Source: the human T2T-CHM13v2.0 reference genome, Homo sapiens. From it: a stretch of 64,000 bases of DNA. The notes beneath the pieces were generated by a model. It did no database searches. It saw nothing but the letters and a program-made list of their open reading frames with translations, and was not told where the DNA came from. The position numbers and the translations under genes were made by a program. Shown here in pieces: positions 63,693-64,000 of this stretch; positions within the stretch are counted from its first letter, which is position 1; every line of letters begins with the position of its first letter. The stretch is from the NCBI RefSeq assembly GCF_009914755.1, contig NC_060927.1; one strand, given 5' to 3'.

Positions 63693-64000
63693 CCCCCCAC
63701 CCCTCCCGCCTCTCCCCTACTCCCTTTTTCTCTCCTGATTTCTCAAAAAGTCAGATAAATAACTTAGTTTCAGCTTGGTAGCATGGAACTTTAGTATGAT
63801 TCCATTTTGGTTTGGTCTATTGGGCATAGGAAAGGATCTCAATTTAAATCAGTCACCTCCTATAAATTTTATTTAACACATGTTATGTTAATAAACTTGT
63901 TTGTTTTTCTATGGTTAATCTTCATTTGTTACAAGGGGTCCCACCTAAGAAGTATGAAGGGTAGAGGAAAAAAATTTTTCTCCCTTACAGTTTCAATTAT

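Overview
Primate (almost certainly human) genomic DNA, about 60% interspersed repeats by eye. It holds the 5' end of MCF2L2 (Dbl-family RhoGEF, 3q27) on the minus strand: a CpG-island promoter and coding exons 1 (49393-49318), 2 (11195-11112) and 3 (819-705), all with GT-AG sites and matching phases. The rest is intron or upstream sequence with about 33 Alus, MaLR/ERV1/ERVL LTRs, a two-LTR THE1 element, a decayed ERVL internal region, old L1s and DNA transposons. Main leads: (1) three further ATG-initiated, phase-1 candidate first exons in intron 1 that would splice in frame to exon 2. One is a clean 60-codon exon (21947-21767), one an 8-codon exon (32811-32787), and one carries a single stop (15146-15059). 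(2) A diverged two-exon remnant upstream of the promoter (about 52205-51934) resembling the MCF2L2 C-terminus, suggesting an old tandem paralog. (3) A ~148-bp non-repeat duplication bracketing the 60-codon exon. Gene and repeat names come from my recall of the sequences, not from a database search, and repeat boundaries are approximate.
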